A DNA stretch of 51,842 nucleotides from Elusimicrobiota bacterium (GTDB lineage Bacteria > Elusimicrobiota > Elusimicrobia > F11), in the NCBI GenBank assembly GCA_046153645.1, contig JBJXGI010000092.1, forward strand, positions 1 through 51,842, read 5' to 3'. Made by a program: the position numbers and the translations under genes. The notes below the pieces were generated by a model, which ran no database searches, was not told the origin of the DNA, and saw nothing but the letters and a program-made list of their open reading frames with translations. The stretch's first letter is position 1, and the number at the start of each line of letters is the position of its first letter. Of this stretch, positions 29,203 through 38,677 are shown in pieces.

Positions 29203-30927
29203 TCAACTCTTGGCTAACTCTTTGGCTCTGGGGTCATTTTGCATAAGCCAGTCTTTATCTGTTTGTTCAGGAATTCCAAATTCATGAGGACCGCAATAAA
29301 CGGAAGGAATTTCGTGAAAGTTATGTTCTGGAGGTGGTGATGATGTCGTCCAAGCTAAACTGGCCGCTTCCCAAGGATTATTACCCGCTTTTTTCCCAAT
29401 AAAAATAGACGAAATAAAATTAATAAAAAATATTATTTGAGAAGCGCCTAAACCCAAAGCAGCCCAAAAAAGAATCTGCTGCCAATGGGCCACGGCTTTT
29501 AAGAACTCATACGCAGAGGGATCTGCAATTCGGCGCATATGACCATGAAGACCAACATACATCATTCCACCAAACAATATATTGATACACACAAAACTTG
29601 TCCAAAAATGAAGCTTACTCAGTGAATCGTTCATTAATCTTCCAAATATTTTTGGATACCAATAAGTAATGAAAGCAAACATGCCAAACAATACACTCGC
29701 TGCCAAAGTAAAGTGAAAATGCCCGACCACAAAATAAGTATCGTGGATATAAACATCAAAAGCTTGCATAGCGTTGTAAAGACCTGTTAATCCACCAATA
29801 GAAAATACAAATACGACCCCCAATGTAAAAAGCATAGGCGTTGTTAAACGAATTGCCCCTCGCCAAAGAGTTGCCAACCAATTTAAAAAGAAAACAGCTG
29901 TCGGCACGCTCACCATAATCGTTAAGAACATAAAGGCTTTACCCAGAAGAGGGTTCATCCCAGCTGTAAACATGTGATGCCCCCACACAATTCCGCTCAA
30001 GACAGTAATAGTTAACATTGAAATCACCGTAGCCGCGTAACCAAAAGCAGGTTTTCTCGAAAAAACTGAAAGTAAATCTGCTACTAAACCCCACACTGGA
30101 AGAATAAGAATATAGACTTCAGGATGACCAAAACCCCAAAATAAATGTTGATAAAGGAGAACTTGGCCTCCTTCTTTTGGAGCAAGAGGCCCTGCTGTAA
30201 AAAAGAAAGTTCCAAGTCTTCGATCGGTTAAAACCATAAACAAGGCCGCTGCGACCAAAGGCAACCAAATAGTGTTGAGAACTGCGCTATAAAACAATCC
30301 CCACAAAGTTAAAGGAAGCCTTCGAAGTGACATTCCCGGAGCGCGTTCTTGGAGAATGGTTGTGATGTAGTTGATTCCGCCCATTAATATAGAAACGGCG
30401 TCGAGGGCCAAGCCTAAAATAAATAAATCCTGTCCCCATCCTGGTAATACTTTTGCGCTGGTGGAAAGCGGGGCATAAATGGTCCAACCAAACCCAGCGG
30501 CCCCACCCGGCACAAGAAATGATGCAATCAAAATAACGCTCCCGACCAAATAAAACCAATAAGACAACATGTTCACTTTAGGAAAGGCCATATCTTTAGC
30601 GCCAATTTCTAGGGGAATAATATAATTACCCATCGCTCCTATTAATATAGGAGTGACAGCAAAAAACACCATAATTCCCCCATGCATGGTAAAAAGCATC
30701 GGATAAGCTTCTGGGCTCACTCCTCCTCCGGATTCTTGGAAAATAAATTTTCCCAAAAATGGAATAGGCTGCCATGGATGGGCCAATTGCCATCGAATAA
30801 GAAGAGCCAAGACCCCCCCGAGAACTAAAAAGATTAATCCAGTAAATAAATACTGAAGGGCAATATACTTATGATCTGTGGAAAAAACATACTTACGAAA
30901 AAACCCTTTTGAATTTTCTTGGTTCAT
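29203..30927 (-). CDS. ctaD: Cytochrome c oxidase subunit I (A-type)
   Basis: STDHK, TMHG, GHPEVYI, WGHHMF, VVGHFH. Confidence 0.96.
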   Translation of the reverse strand: MNQENSKGFFRKYVFSTDHKYIALQYLFTGLIFLVLGGVLALLIRWQLAHPWQPIPFLGKFIFQESGGGVSPEAYPMLFTMHGGIMVFFAVTPILIGAMGNYIIPLEIGAKDMAFPKVNMLSYWFYLVGSVILIASFLVPGGAAGFGWTIYAPLSTSAKVLPGWGQDLFILGLALDAVSILMGGINYITTILQERAPGMSLRRLPLTLWGLFYSAVLNTIWLPLVAAALFMVLTDRRLGTFFFTAGPLAPKEGGQVLLYQHLFWGFGHPEVYILILPVWGLVADLLSVFSRKPAFGYAATVISMLTITVLSGIVWGHHMFTAGMNPLLGKAFMFLTIMVSVPTAVFFLNWLATLWRGAIRLTTPMLFTLGVVFVFSIGGLTGLYNAMQAFDVYIHDTYFVVGHFHFTLAASVLFGMFAFITYWYPKIFGRLMNDSLSKLHFWTSFVCINILFGGMMYVGLHGHMRRIADPSAYEFLKAVAHWQQILFWAALGLGASQIIFFINFISSIFIGKKAGNNPWEAASLAWTTSSPPPEHNFHEIPSVYCGPHEFGIPEQTDKDWLMQNDPRAKELAKS

Positions 30928-30928
30928 A

Positions 30929-31648
30929 TTAAATTCTCCAATCCCATCCCCATAAAGGGTCAGAATCTTTTTCAGCCAACTTAGCTGAAAGCCAAAGAGC
31001 GAAATTTTCTTCTGACTCTACTGTCAGTAAACCTCTCATTCGATAATGTCCCAACCCACAATGTTCGGCACAAGCAATGTCGTACTCACCAGTTTTAGTT
31101 GCCTCGAATGTTAAAGAAGTAATAAGTCCTGGAACGGCGTCTTGTTTAATTCTCATATTAGGCAAGAAAAAACTATGGATCACATCTTTAGATTTCAATT
31201 GAACGATAATGGGATGGTTGATAGGAATATGAAGTTCATTTATTGTAACGACATCGTCAGGTGTATTAAAAATACCATCCACTCCTGAATATCGAACATT
31301 CCAAGCATATTGTTCGGGCATCACTTGAATTTTAAGGACTTCTGCATTGTGTTTATTTGTGGGCTGCCAAATTTTTTCCCAAGCTTTGTGATCATGGTAA
31401 GCCAAATTAACATCAATTAATAAGAACACCGCTAATGCTAACCCCAAGGTTACAAAGAGCGCTTGTCGGCTTGTGCCGTGGGTGTAATAGGCTTTATGAG
31501 AAGGTCGGGATCGATATCGAATGAGGAAATAAAATAAAGCGATGAGGACTAAGGTAAAAGCAACGGCAATCAGATAGGTTGCCAACCAAAAAAGGTTGTC
31601 AATTAAATAACCAGTTGTTGAAATATCAATAGGGAAATGTTGACTCAT
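30929..31648 (-). CDS. ctaC: Cytochrome c oxidase subunit II (CuA)
   Basis: SKDVIHSF, KQDAVPG, CAEHCGLGHYRM. Confidence 0.95.
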   Translation of the reverse strand: MSQHFPIDISTTGYLIDNLFWLATYLIAVAFTLVLIALFYFLIRYRSRPSHKAYYTHGTSRQALFVTLGLALAVFLLIDVNLAYHDHKAWEKIWQPTNKHNAEVLKIQVMPEQYAWNVRYSGVDGIFNTPDDVVTINELHIPINHPIIVQLKSKDVIHSFFLPNMRIKQDAVPGLITSLTFEATKTGEYDIACAEHCGLGHYRMRGLLTVESEENFALWLSAKLAEKDSDPLWGWDWRI

Positions 31649-31690
31649 GTTGGAACGACATGATTAGAACATGAAGTCCAATGAGTTGAA

Positions 31691-31706
31691 TATGATTTAA
31701 ATCATA
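31691..31706. promoter_or_regulatory. Crp/Fnr-like palindromic site upstream of cox operon
   Basis: Perfect palindrome TATGATTTAAATCATA. Confidence 0.65.
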
Positions 31707-31719
31707 AAAACATTAAAAA

Positions 31720-33171
31720 TCAATCTTCTCCATGAGACTTGGTAAACCCTGAAACGCCATTGAATTCAAATAATTTCTCAACATGCATCCATGAGAATTT
31801 CTGGGAGAGGTTTCCTAAGAAAGTTAAAAGGTCAGCATCAGTTAACTGCCCATTGGCATCTTTCAGAATAAAACGACAGCGGAAAAACTGATCTGCGCTA
31901 TCTGTCATGGCACCTGTGGTGGGATAAACTTTCGTTCCTGGATTAGAAATAATTTTTAATTTCAATGGGCCACCAAGCGAGGCCACATCTTCCAAACCTT
32001 TCCCTAAAGCTTCGGAACCGACTTTTGATTCAACAAACACATCAATCCCGACAATTCTGGTTTTAACATCAGAACTGGAAAGAGTTTTCATTTTTCCTGG
32101 GAGCTGAACAGCTTTATATGAACGAGTTTGAACTGACTTAGGTGTTTTCCCTAAATTCTTAATGACTTCATCAGTAAACTGATCTGAAGTTACCATAGGT
32201 CCACCTTCGGCAAAATCTTTTAACTGATGTTTTCCATTCTCTAATGTCACAAAAATGGCATTTTCAATTTTCGCTGCGGCATCAAATTCTTTCAAGAACC
32301 GAAGCATCATGGTGGCCGATAAAATAACGGCACAAGGGTTAATGATATTTTTCCCCGTGTATTTAGGGGCTGAACCATGAACGGCTTCAAAAATAGCCAC
32401 TTCATTTCCTAAATTTGCTGACGGCGCAAACCCCAAACCTCCCACAAGCGCGGAAGTTAAATCGCTGATAATATCGCCATTCATGTTGCTGGTGACAATA
32501 ACGTCAAATTGTTCAGGTTTTTTAACTAATTGATGCGCGCAGTTATCAATGATAATGTGATTGGCTTCAATTTCAGGGTAGTCTTTAGCGACTTCTTCAA
32601 ATTTTTTCTTTAAAAAGCCTTCGGTGAACTTCATGATGTTCGATTTTGTCGCGCAATGAACTTTTTTGCGACCTTCGGCGCGCGCCAATTCAAAAGCGGT
32701 TCGAACAATTCTCTCACAACCTTTATCCGACATCACTTTTAAACACTGCGCGACCCCAGGAGTTTGCATATGCTCAATACCGGCATATAAATCTTCTACA
32801 TTTTCTCTGACAACAACAATGTCGATATTTCGTCCAGAATAAGGGGTTTTTACTCCAGGAAATTCACGAACAGGGCGAATATTTGCATAAGTTTCAAATA
32901 GTTTTCTTAAGGTTACGTTCGCGCTTTTTTCACCAAAACCAATCGGAGTTTCCAAAGGACCTTTTAGAACAACTCTTGTTTGTTTGATGGATTCAATGGT
33001 TGAAGCAGGAACACCACTTTGAAGGCCCCCCTTAAAAACAGAAAGCCCGGCATGCTGCTCATCCCATTGAATCGGAACTCCCACTGCTTGAATAATTCGT
33101 TGAGTGGCCTTTACAATCTCGGGACCAACTCCATCACCGGGAATAACTGTTACTTTTCTTGGGGAAGACAT
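31720..33171 (-). CDS. icd: Isocitrate dehydrogenase with C-terminal extension domain
   Basis: GDGVGPEI, KGPLETP, SANVTLRK, RENVEDLY, NMNGDIISD, FEAVHGSAP. Confidence 0.92.
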   Translation of the reverse strand: MSSPRKVTVIPGDGVGPEIVKATQRIIQAVGVPIQWDEQHAGLSVFKGGLQSGVPASTIESIKQTRVVLKGPLETPIGFGEKSANVTLRKLFETYANIRPVREFPGVKTPYSGRNIDIVVVRENVEDLYAGIEHMQTPGVAQCLKVMSDKGCERIVRTAFELARAEGRKKVHCATKSNIMKFTEGFLKKKFEEVAKDYPEIEANHIIIDNCAHQLVKKPEQFDVIVTSNMNGDIISDLTSALVGGLGFAPSANLGNEVAIFEAVHGSAPKYTGKNIINPCAVILSATMMLRFLKEFDAAAKIENAIFVTLENGKHQLKDFAEGGPMVTSDQFTDEVIKNLGKTPKSVQTRSYKAVQLPGKMKTLSSSDVKTRIVGIDVFVESKVGSEALGKGLEDVASLGGPLKLKIISNPGTKVYPTTGAMTDSADQFFRCRFILKDANGQLTDADLLTFLGNLSQKFSWMHVEKLFEFNGVSGFTKSHGED

Positions 33172-33232
33172 GTTCGAACTCCTTTAAGTTTTAGAATAAT
33201 TTGAAGTGGGATATTAACATTTAGAGAAACAA

Positions 33233-33526
33233 CTACGCTGCAATTTGATGAACCTTCATCCAGGCACGTGAATGATGAGAAGCATGCCAAAGATCATAAT
33301 TCTTCTGTAGATTCAGCCAAAGCTGGGGAGTCGTAACAAAAGCTTTTGATAAGCGAAGTGCCATATCAGCGGTCACTGATCCTCTACCATTAAGAATCTT
33401 TGACAATGTTTTCCTTGAAACACCCAGCGCATCAGAAGCTTCCATAACTCCAATCGATAATGGTTCAAGATAATGCCTTTTAATAATTTCACCCGGATGA
33501 ACAGGCGATCGCTTTCTTAATTTCAT
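33233..33526 (-). CDS. higA: HigA antitoxin
   Basis: PVHPGEII...LGVSRKTLS...VTADMALRL...WLNLQ..YDL; ATG 33526 after GAGGAGG. Confidence 0.92.
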   Translation of the reverse strand: MKLRKRSPVHPGEIIKRHYLEPLSIGVMEASDALGVSRKTLSKILNGRGSVTADMALRLSKAFVTTPQLWLNLQKNYDLWHASHHSRAWMKVHQIAA

Positions 33527-33536
33527 TTTGTCCTCC

Positions 33537-33815
33537 TCAGTGATAATCAAGATAGTCAACGACATAAGCATCACCATCTTTAAACTCAAAAATAATTCTC
33601 CAATTCCCAGAAACTCGTATAGACCAAAACTGATTCAGGCTTCCTTTTAGGCGATGGAGGTCTGAGCCAGGAAATCTCATATCGGAAATAACTTCAGCCG
33701 CATCTAAGCGGTCTAAAATATCACCTATTTTCTGCCCATGATCTGCCTGTATTCCTTTCTTAGAAGAAGTAAAGAAAAAAGACTTTAGCCCTTTATGCCT
33801 AAAACTTTTAATCAC
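33537..33815 (-). CDS. higB: HigB (RelE-like) toxin
   Basis: MIKSFRHKGL...LHRLKG...WSIRVSGNWRIIF...DYLDYH. Confidence 0.95.
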   Translation of the reverse strand: MIKSFRHKGLKSFFFTSSKKGIQADHGQKIGDILDRLDAAEVISDMRFPGSDLHRLKGSLNQFWSIRVSGNWRIIFEFKDGDAYVVDYLDYH

Positions 33816-33820
33816 AATGC

Positions 33821-33849
33821 ATTGTAACCCTTACGGTTACATGTGTCAA
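33821..33849 (-). promoter_or_regulatory. Leaderless promoter with palindromic operator for higBA
   Basis: TTGACA-17-TACAAT then 5 nt to GTG; TGTAACC-N5-GGTTACA (33823-33841). Confidence 0.75.
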
Positions 33850-33935
33850 CAGACGCATTAACAAAGGATCTAGACATGACAGAATGGATTTAGAAAAAAT
33901 TCTTAATTTATTACAGACCTAAAATAAATGGGGGT

Positions 33936-35342
33936 TTAGGCATCTATCACCGACAACATAATCTTGGATGAATAAATAGGGGTATCAATGAGAATAGCGC
34001 GGTCTCCTTTTTGTAAAGGAATTAGTTTTTTAATGATTCGTGGCATTGAAACGTTGGGTTTTAATAAGGCGCGCTTGCCCACAACATATGATTGAACACC
34101 CCATACCAGCGAAAGAATTCGCTGCGCTTTTTCATCCGCCACCAAAGCGATAATAGGAACAAAAGGTCTAAATCGAGATGTTCTTAAACCCGACCGCCCG
34201 GTAATGGATTGAACTAAAATGAATTTGGCTTTCATTTGAGTTGCAATATTACAAGCCTCATAAGTCATGATCAATTTAGAATCTTTTAATAATTCTGCGT
34301 TAAAACGGTTTGACGGCTTTTCTTTTTCCGAGTGGGATAACAATTCAGATAATGATTTGACGGCTTCCGCCGGATATTTTCCGACGGCTGTTTCACCGGA
34401 CAACATAACAGCATCGGCCCCTTGCATGACGGCATTGGCCACATCGGTGGCTTCCGCTCGAGTGGGACGTGGATTGTGAATCATAGATTCAAGAACTTGA
34501 GTGGCCACAATCACAGGTTTTCCCTTCTCTCGAGAGCGTGAAACAATATCTTCTTGTCTTTGCGGGAGCTCATAAAAAGGAATTTCAACTCCCAAATCGC
34601 CACGCGCGACCATAATTCCATCTGTTTCTTCAATTATTTCATCTAAATGATTGAGTGCTTCTCTCCTTTCAATTTTAGCGATGATAAAAGGACTTTTGTT
34701 CCTTGCCTGAGAAAATTGTCTCACTCGCCTTATATCTTCGGCGTCTCCCACAAAGGAAATTCCAACAAAATCAATATTTTGTTTAAGACCAAAATCTAAT
34801 AACTTTTTATCTTCTGGCGTAAAAGCTTCAATAGATAAATCAGAATGGGGCAAATTCACTCCATTCCCAACGTGAACGGTTCCCCCATGAGTCACACGGC
34901 AGCGAACTTCACCTTGGCGATGAGAATCCACCACCAAACGAATGAGTCCATCACAAATAAAAACGGCTTCCCCTTTTTTCAGATCTTTATTCAAATGTTT
35001 ATAGGAAAGGGCAATAACTTTTGGGCCTTTTTTTGATTTATCGGAGGTTAAAAAAACCTCATCATTTCTTTGGAGTTCAAGCCCCGCCGAAGGAAGTTGA
35101 GCCACTCTTAGTTTTGGGCCTGGTAAATCCATTAATATCCCAACAGACGCTCCTAGAGCATGAGCTGAATCACGAATCATTTTAATTCGATGTGCATGCT
35201 CAGAAAATGTTCCGTGTGCCATATTGATACGAGCGACATCCAAACCGTTTAAAATTAATTTTCGAATCATCTCCGGTGAAGAGCTGGCCGGACCTAAGGT
35301 CGCTACGATTTTTGTACGAGCTTGAAAAAATGGTTTTATCAT
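33936..35342 (-). CDS. pyk: Pyruvate kinase
   Basis: TKIVATLGPAS, DLPGPKLR, IAKIE, MVARGDLGVE, PTRAEATDVANA, MLSGETA. Confidence 0.95.
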   Translation of the reverse strand: MIKPFFQARTKIVATLGPASSSPEMIRKLILNGLDVARINMAHGTFSEHAHRIKMIRDSAHALGASVGILMDLPGPKLRVAQLPSAGLELQRNDEVFLTSDKSKKGPKVIALSYKHLNKDLKKGEAVFICDGLIRLVVDSHRQGEVRCRVTHGGTVHVGNGVNLPHSDLSIEAFTPEDKKLLDFGLKQNIDFVGISFVGDAEDIRRVRQFSQARNKSPFIIAKIERREALNHLDEIIEETDGIMVARGDLGVEIPFYELPQRQEDIVSRSREKGKPVIVATQVLESMIHNPRPTRAEATDVANAVMQGADAVMLSGETAVGKYPAEAVKSLSELLSHSEKEKPSNRFNAELLKDSKLIMTYEACNIATQMKAKFILVQSITGRSGLRTSRFRPFVPIIALVADEKAQRILSLVWGVQSYVVGKRALLKPNVSMPRIIKKLIPLQKGDRAILIDTPIYSSKIMLSVIDA

Positions 35343-35370
35343 AAGTGGTTATTAGATTATGACATTAAAC

Positions 35371-35416
35371 AAAAAAAACGCCACCCCAGCTTTTTTATTG
35401 GAGTGGCGTTTTTTTT
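35371..35416 (-). terminator. Rho-independent terminator after OmpA gene
   Basis: AAAAAAAACGCCAC...GTGGCGTTTTTTTT hairpin. Confidence 0.8.
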
Positions 35417-35430
35417 GATTTTTTTTAAAT

Positions 35431-35994
35431 TTAATTAAAGATAAATATTTCAACGCGTCTATTAGCAGCTCTCGTTTCTTCTGTTTTATTGGAAGCCACT
35501 GGGCGAGTCTCACCATACCCAACAGAGTTAATTCTACTTTCGGCAATTCCATGCCCGACAAGTGATTTTGCCACTTCAGCCGCTCTTTTTTCAGAGAGTT
35601 CTTTATTCATTTTTGGGTCACCGGTTGAATCCGTATGCCCTTCAACACGAACTCTTTTGCGCGGATATCTTTTGACCCAATTGCCAACACCATCAATATC
35701 ACTTTTAGCAGCTGGGGTTAAAGCAGCAGAGCCTGTTTCAAAGAAAACGCGATCTGCAAAAGTAATTTTAACTCCGTTGCTTATTGTTTCAACTGTTGCA
35801 TTTCGAAGTGAGGCCTTAAGAGACTCAATGTCACCAATCCCTTCATCGCTGCCGCATTCCCATCCAGACTGTTGACTGAGCGGAATATAAATATCTTTAC
35901 ATTCATAACCTAAACCATTTCCCCACTCCGAATAGCTCAATGACGCCAGGCCCACAAGAACAATCAAAGACAAACTTAACTTACGAAATAACAT
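35431..35994 (-). CDS. OmpA-like peptidoglycan-binding domain protein
   Basis: VEGHTDSTG, NKELSEKRA, GYGETRP, NRRVEI. Confidence 0.92.
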   Translation of the reverse strand: MLFRKLSLSLIVLVGLASLSYSEWGNGLGYECKDIYIPLSQQSGWECGSDEGIGDIESLKASLRNATVETISNGVKITFADRVFFETGSAALTPAAKSDIDGVGNWVKRYPRKRVRVEGHTDSTGDPKMNKELSEKRAAEVAKSLVGHGIAESRINSVGYGETRPVASNKTEETRAANRRVEIFIFN

Positions 35995-36066
35995 ATATAC
36001 CCCCTAGAATTTAGAAATAAAATTTATATGAAGTTGGGAATACTATCACAATATTTTAAACCTTAT

Positions 36067-37866
36067 CTATGACCGCTTGGCTTCTAACTCTTCCCAACGA
36101 TTGACTAAAACTTTTACTCGCTGTTCAGCCATATCGACATTTTGTTGACGTTTAATAAGCTCTGCGGCGTCCGTGGCGATACTGGGGTCTTCTAAGGCAA
36201 GACGAGCTTCATCGCGTTCTTTTTCAGCTGCTTGAATATCTTTTTCAATATTTTTTAATTCTTTAAGATCATTTTTCGAAAGACGATCATTTTTTTCTTT
36301 TTTAGCGGGTTCGTTTTGAGCTACGGGTGCCAGCTCTTCTACCTCTTCACCTTGCAAATCTTCCCATTGGGAAAGATCGGCATAAAAACGAGCATTTCCT
36401 TTCCCATCAAAAGCAAGTATTTGACGACTGACCCTATCTAATAAATAACGATCGTGTGTGACAAGAACCAATGCGCCAGAAAAATCCATCATACTGGTTT
36501 CGAGAACTTCTAATGAATTGATATCCAAATCATTTGTGGGCTCATCTAATAATAGGATGTCAGCAGGTCGTAACATGAGACGCGCAATTAAAACGCGCGA
36601 CTGCTCCCCTCCCGATAAACGACGAAGCGGCAAATCCAATTGTCCTTTTGAAAAAAGAAAACGCTCAGCCCAACCCACAACATGAATCCAACTGTCTTTA
36701 TATTGAACTTTTTCACCATTTTCGCAGAGTGCTTTACGCAATGTGATATCTAAATCTAATTGCTCACGGTGTTGATCAAAAGTAACAACCCTTAATTTTT
36801 CAGCTCGTTTAATATGACCCTTATCAGGTTGAAGATGATCAGAAAGAAGTTTAAGAAATGTACTTTTACCACTCCCGTTACCACCTAAAAGCCCCAATTT
36901 ATCACCCGGCCCCAATAAAAGATCAACAGGGCCAAAAAGTTTTTTTCCACCCATACTTTTTTCAACCTGCATGATATTTAAAAGACTTTTACTTTGTCGA
37001 TCACTACTGGAAAAATCTATATTAGCGGAACGATCTTGCGCATTTCTATATTCCAATTCACTTAAATCATTAATCAATTGCCCCGCTCGATCTATTCGCG
37101 CTTTTTGTTTCGTGGTCCGCGCTTTAGGACCCCGACGCAACCATTCAATTTCACGGCGAACAATATTGCGAGTCGTTTCTTCCCTCGCTGATTGAATATC
37201 AAAATAGCCTTCTCGGTTTTCAATAAACTGACTGTAATTCCCCTGGCTACTAAAGTGACCATCTTCATACCGTTTATTGAGTTCTACAATACGATTACAA
37301 ACCGTTTCTAAAAACTGTCGATCGTGAGTAATCACAAGAAATGAAAAGTTAAGACCCAATAAAAATTTTTCTAACCATAGAACGCCTTCTAAATCCAGGT
37401 GATTGGTGGGTTCATCCAAAAGAAGTAAATCAGGTTCACACAAAACTTGGCCCAAAATGGCTAAACGTTTTCGCCAGCCCCCAGAAAGTTTCATAACTTG
37501 TTGTTCCGGATCAAAACCAGCTTGGGTAATGCCAGCATCAACTCTCATTTCAATTTCCCAATCTTCAAGGCCAAGACCTTGAAGCGCCTGAACCAATTCT
37601 TGATGAACTGTTACACCTTGAGCGGCATTGGCAAAAAAATCTTGCTGCGGTAAATATTTAACTCGAAGGCCACGTCGAGGAGCCAATTCGCCACTGTCTG
37701 GTTTTTCGAGGCCAGCTAAAATTTTGAGAAGGGTAGATTTGCCCGCTCCATTAGGGCCAATAAGACCTGTGCGTTCATTTTCAAAAAGGCCAAAAGAAAG
37801 ACCTTCAAATAAAGGACGCGTGCTAAAACTTTTAGATAAATTTCGACAACTAAAAAGAATAGACAT
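36067..37866 (-). CDS. uup: ABC-F family ATPase (Uup-like)
   Basis: Two ABC domains, LSGGW, DEPTNHLD, WLRRGPKARTTKQKARI, C-terminal coiled coil RWEELE. Confidence 0.88.
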   Translation of the reverse strand: MSILFSCRNLSKSFSTRPLFEGLSFGLFENERTGLIGPNGAGKSTLLKILAGLEKPDSGELAPRRGLRVKYLPQQDFFANAAQGVTVHQELVQALQGLGLEDWEIEMRVDAGITQAGFDPEQQVMKLSGGWRKRLAILGQVLCEPDLLLLDEPTNHLDLEGVLWLEKFLLGLNFSFLVITHDRQFLETVCNRIVELNKRYEDGHFSSQGNYSQFIENREGYFDIQSAREETTRNIVRREIEWLRRGPKARTTKQKARIDRAGQLINDLSELEYRNAQDRSANIDFSSSDRQSKSLLNIMQVEKSMGGKKLFGPVDLLLGPGDKLGLLGGNGSGKSTFLKLLSDHLQPDKGHIKRAEKLRVVTFDQHREQLDLDITLRKALCENGEKVQYKDSWIHVVGWAERFLFSKGQLDLPLRRLSGGEQSRVLIARLMLRPADILLLDEPTNDLDINSLEVLETSMMDFSGALVLVTHDRYLLDRVSRQILAFDGKGNARFYADLSQWEDLQGEEVEELAPVAQNEPAKKEKNDRLSKNDLKELKNIEKDIQAAEKERDEARLALEDPSIATDAAELIKRQQNVDMAEQRVKVLVNRWEELEAKRS

Positions 37867-37886
37867 GGGAATTTTAGATAAACGAC

Positions 37887-38243
37887 TTATTCAAACAGAG
37901 CCAAAACATTTTCAGGCGGGCGAGCAATGACGGCTCTACCATTATCACTCACAACAATAGGACGCTGCAATAAAACAGGGTTTTCAGATACGGCACGCAA
38001 TAGATCCTCACGAGACTTTTCACCTTCTCCCAATTTCAGCTTTTCAAACATAGGTTCTTTTGAACGAATTATTTCCATAGGAGAAACTCGCAATTTCCTT
38101 AGCAACAAATTTAAATTCTTAATCGATAAAGGGTTTTTTAAGTATTCAACAACGGTAGGCTTGATTCCTTTTTCTTTTAATATTTTAAGCGCTTTCTGAC
38201 AGGAACCACAACGCGGGTTGTAATAAATTGTCCACTGATCCAT
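37887..38243 (-). CDS. ArsC/Spx family protein
   Basis: IYYNPRCGSC, VEYLKNP, LLQRPIV, IARPPE. Confidence 0.88.
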   Translation of the reverse strand: MDQWTIYYNPRCGSCQKALKILKEKGIKPTVVEYLKNPLSIKNLNLLLRKLRVSPMEIIRSKEPMFEKLKLGEGEKSREDLLRAVSENPVLLQRPIVVSDNGRAVIARPPENVLALFE

Positions 38244-38246
38244 AAC

Positions 38247-38651
38247 TTATCCTTTTGACTTCACTTTGGGGATATTTTCCACATATTTATGACGGTCCGG
38301 TCCATGATATGTAACGGTTCGAGGACCCATATCAACACGGTAAAAAGAAACCCCAGCAGCTGCTATTTCAGCTAAAAAATGTCCATAATCTATTTCTCTC
38401 TTCTGAACTTGGTCAATGGCAAGCTTAAGTTTTTCCAGATTGAACTCAGTGGCAGCCGTAAGTGCTTGAAAATCTCCTGTTGCTTTTTTAATAAAGGATT
38501 CGCCGCCACCCACATATTTTATCTCGTGGAGCAAAACATTTGTTTCATAACGTTCAACTCCATTGGCTTTAAAAGCTTGAAATATTTCAGGGTACGACCA
38601 CATTTCCTTTTCAGCTTTCACTAAAATTTTTTCAATATTTACTTGATCCAT
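38247..38651 (-). CDS. DUF1398-like protein
   Basis: Two repeats: YPE...GVERY and Y..F...AAAGV..Y.VD..RTVTY. Confidence 0.75.
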   Translation of the reverse strand: MDQVNIEKILVKAEKEMWSYPEIFQAFKANGVERYETNVLLHEIKYVGGGESFIKKATGDFQALTAATEFNLEKLKLAIDQVQKREIDYGHFLAEIAAAGVSFYRVDMGPRTVTYHGPDRHKYVENIPKVKSKG

Positions 38652-38677
38652 TTAATTTTCCTAAAAAAACGAAGTGA

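Noticed and set aside
35358..35373. Third TATGA-N6 site upstream of pyk
   Set aside because: Only one arm matches (TATGA...ACAAA) and it coincides with a likely -10 box.
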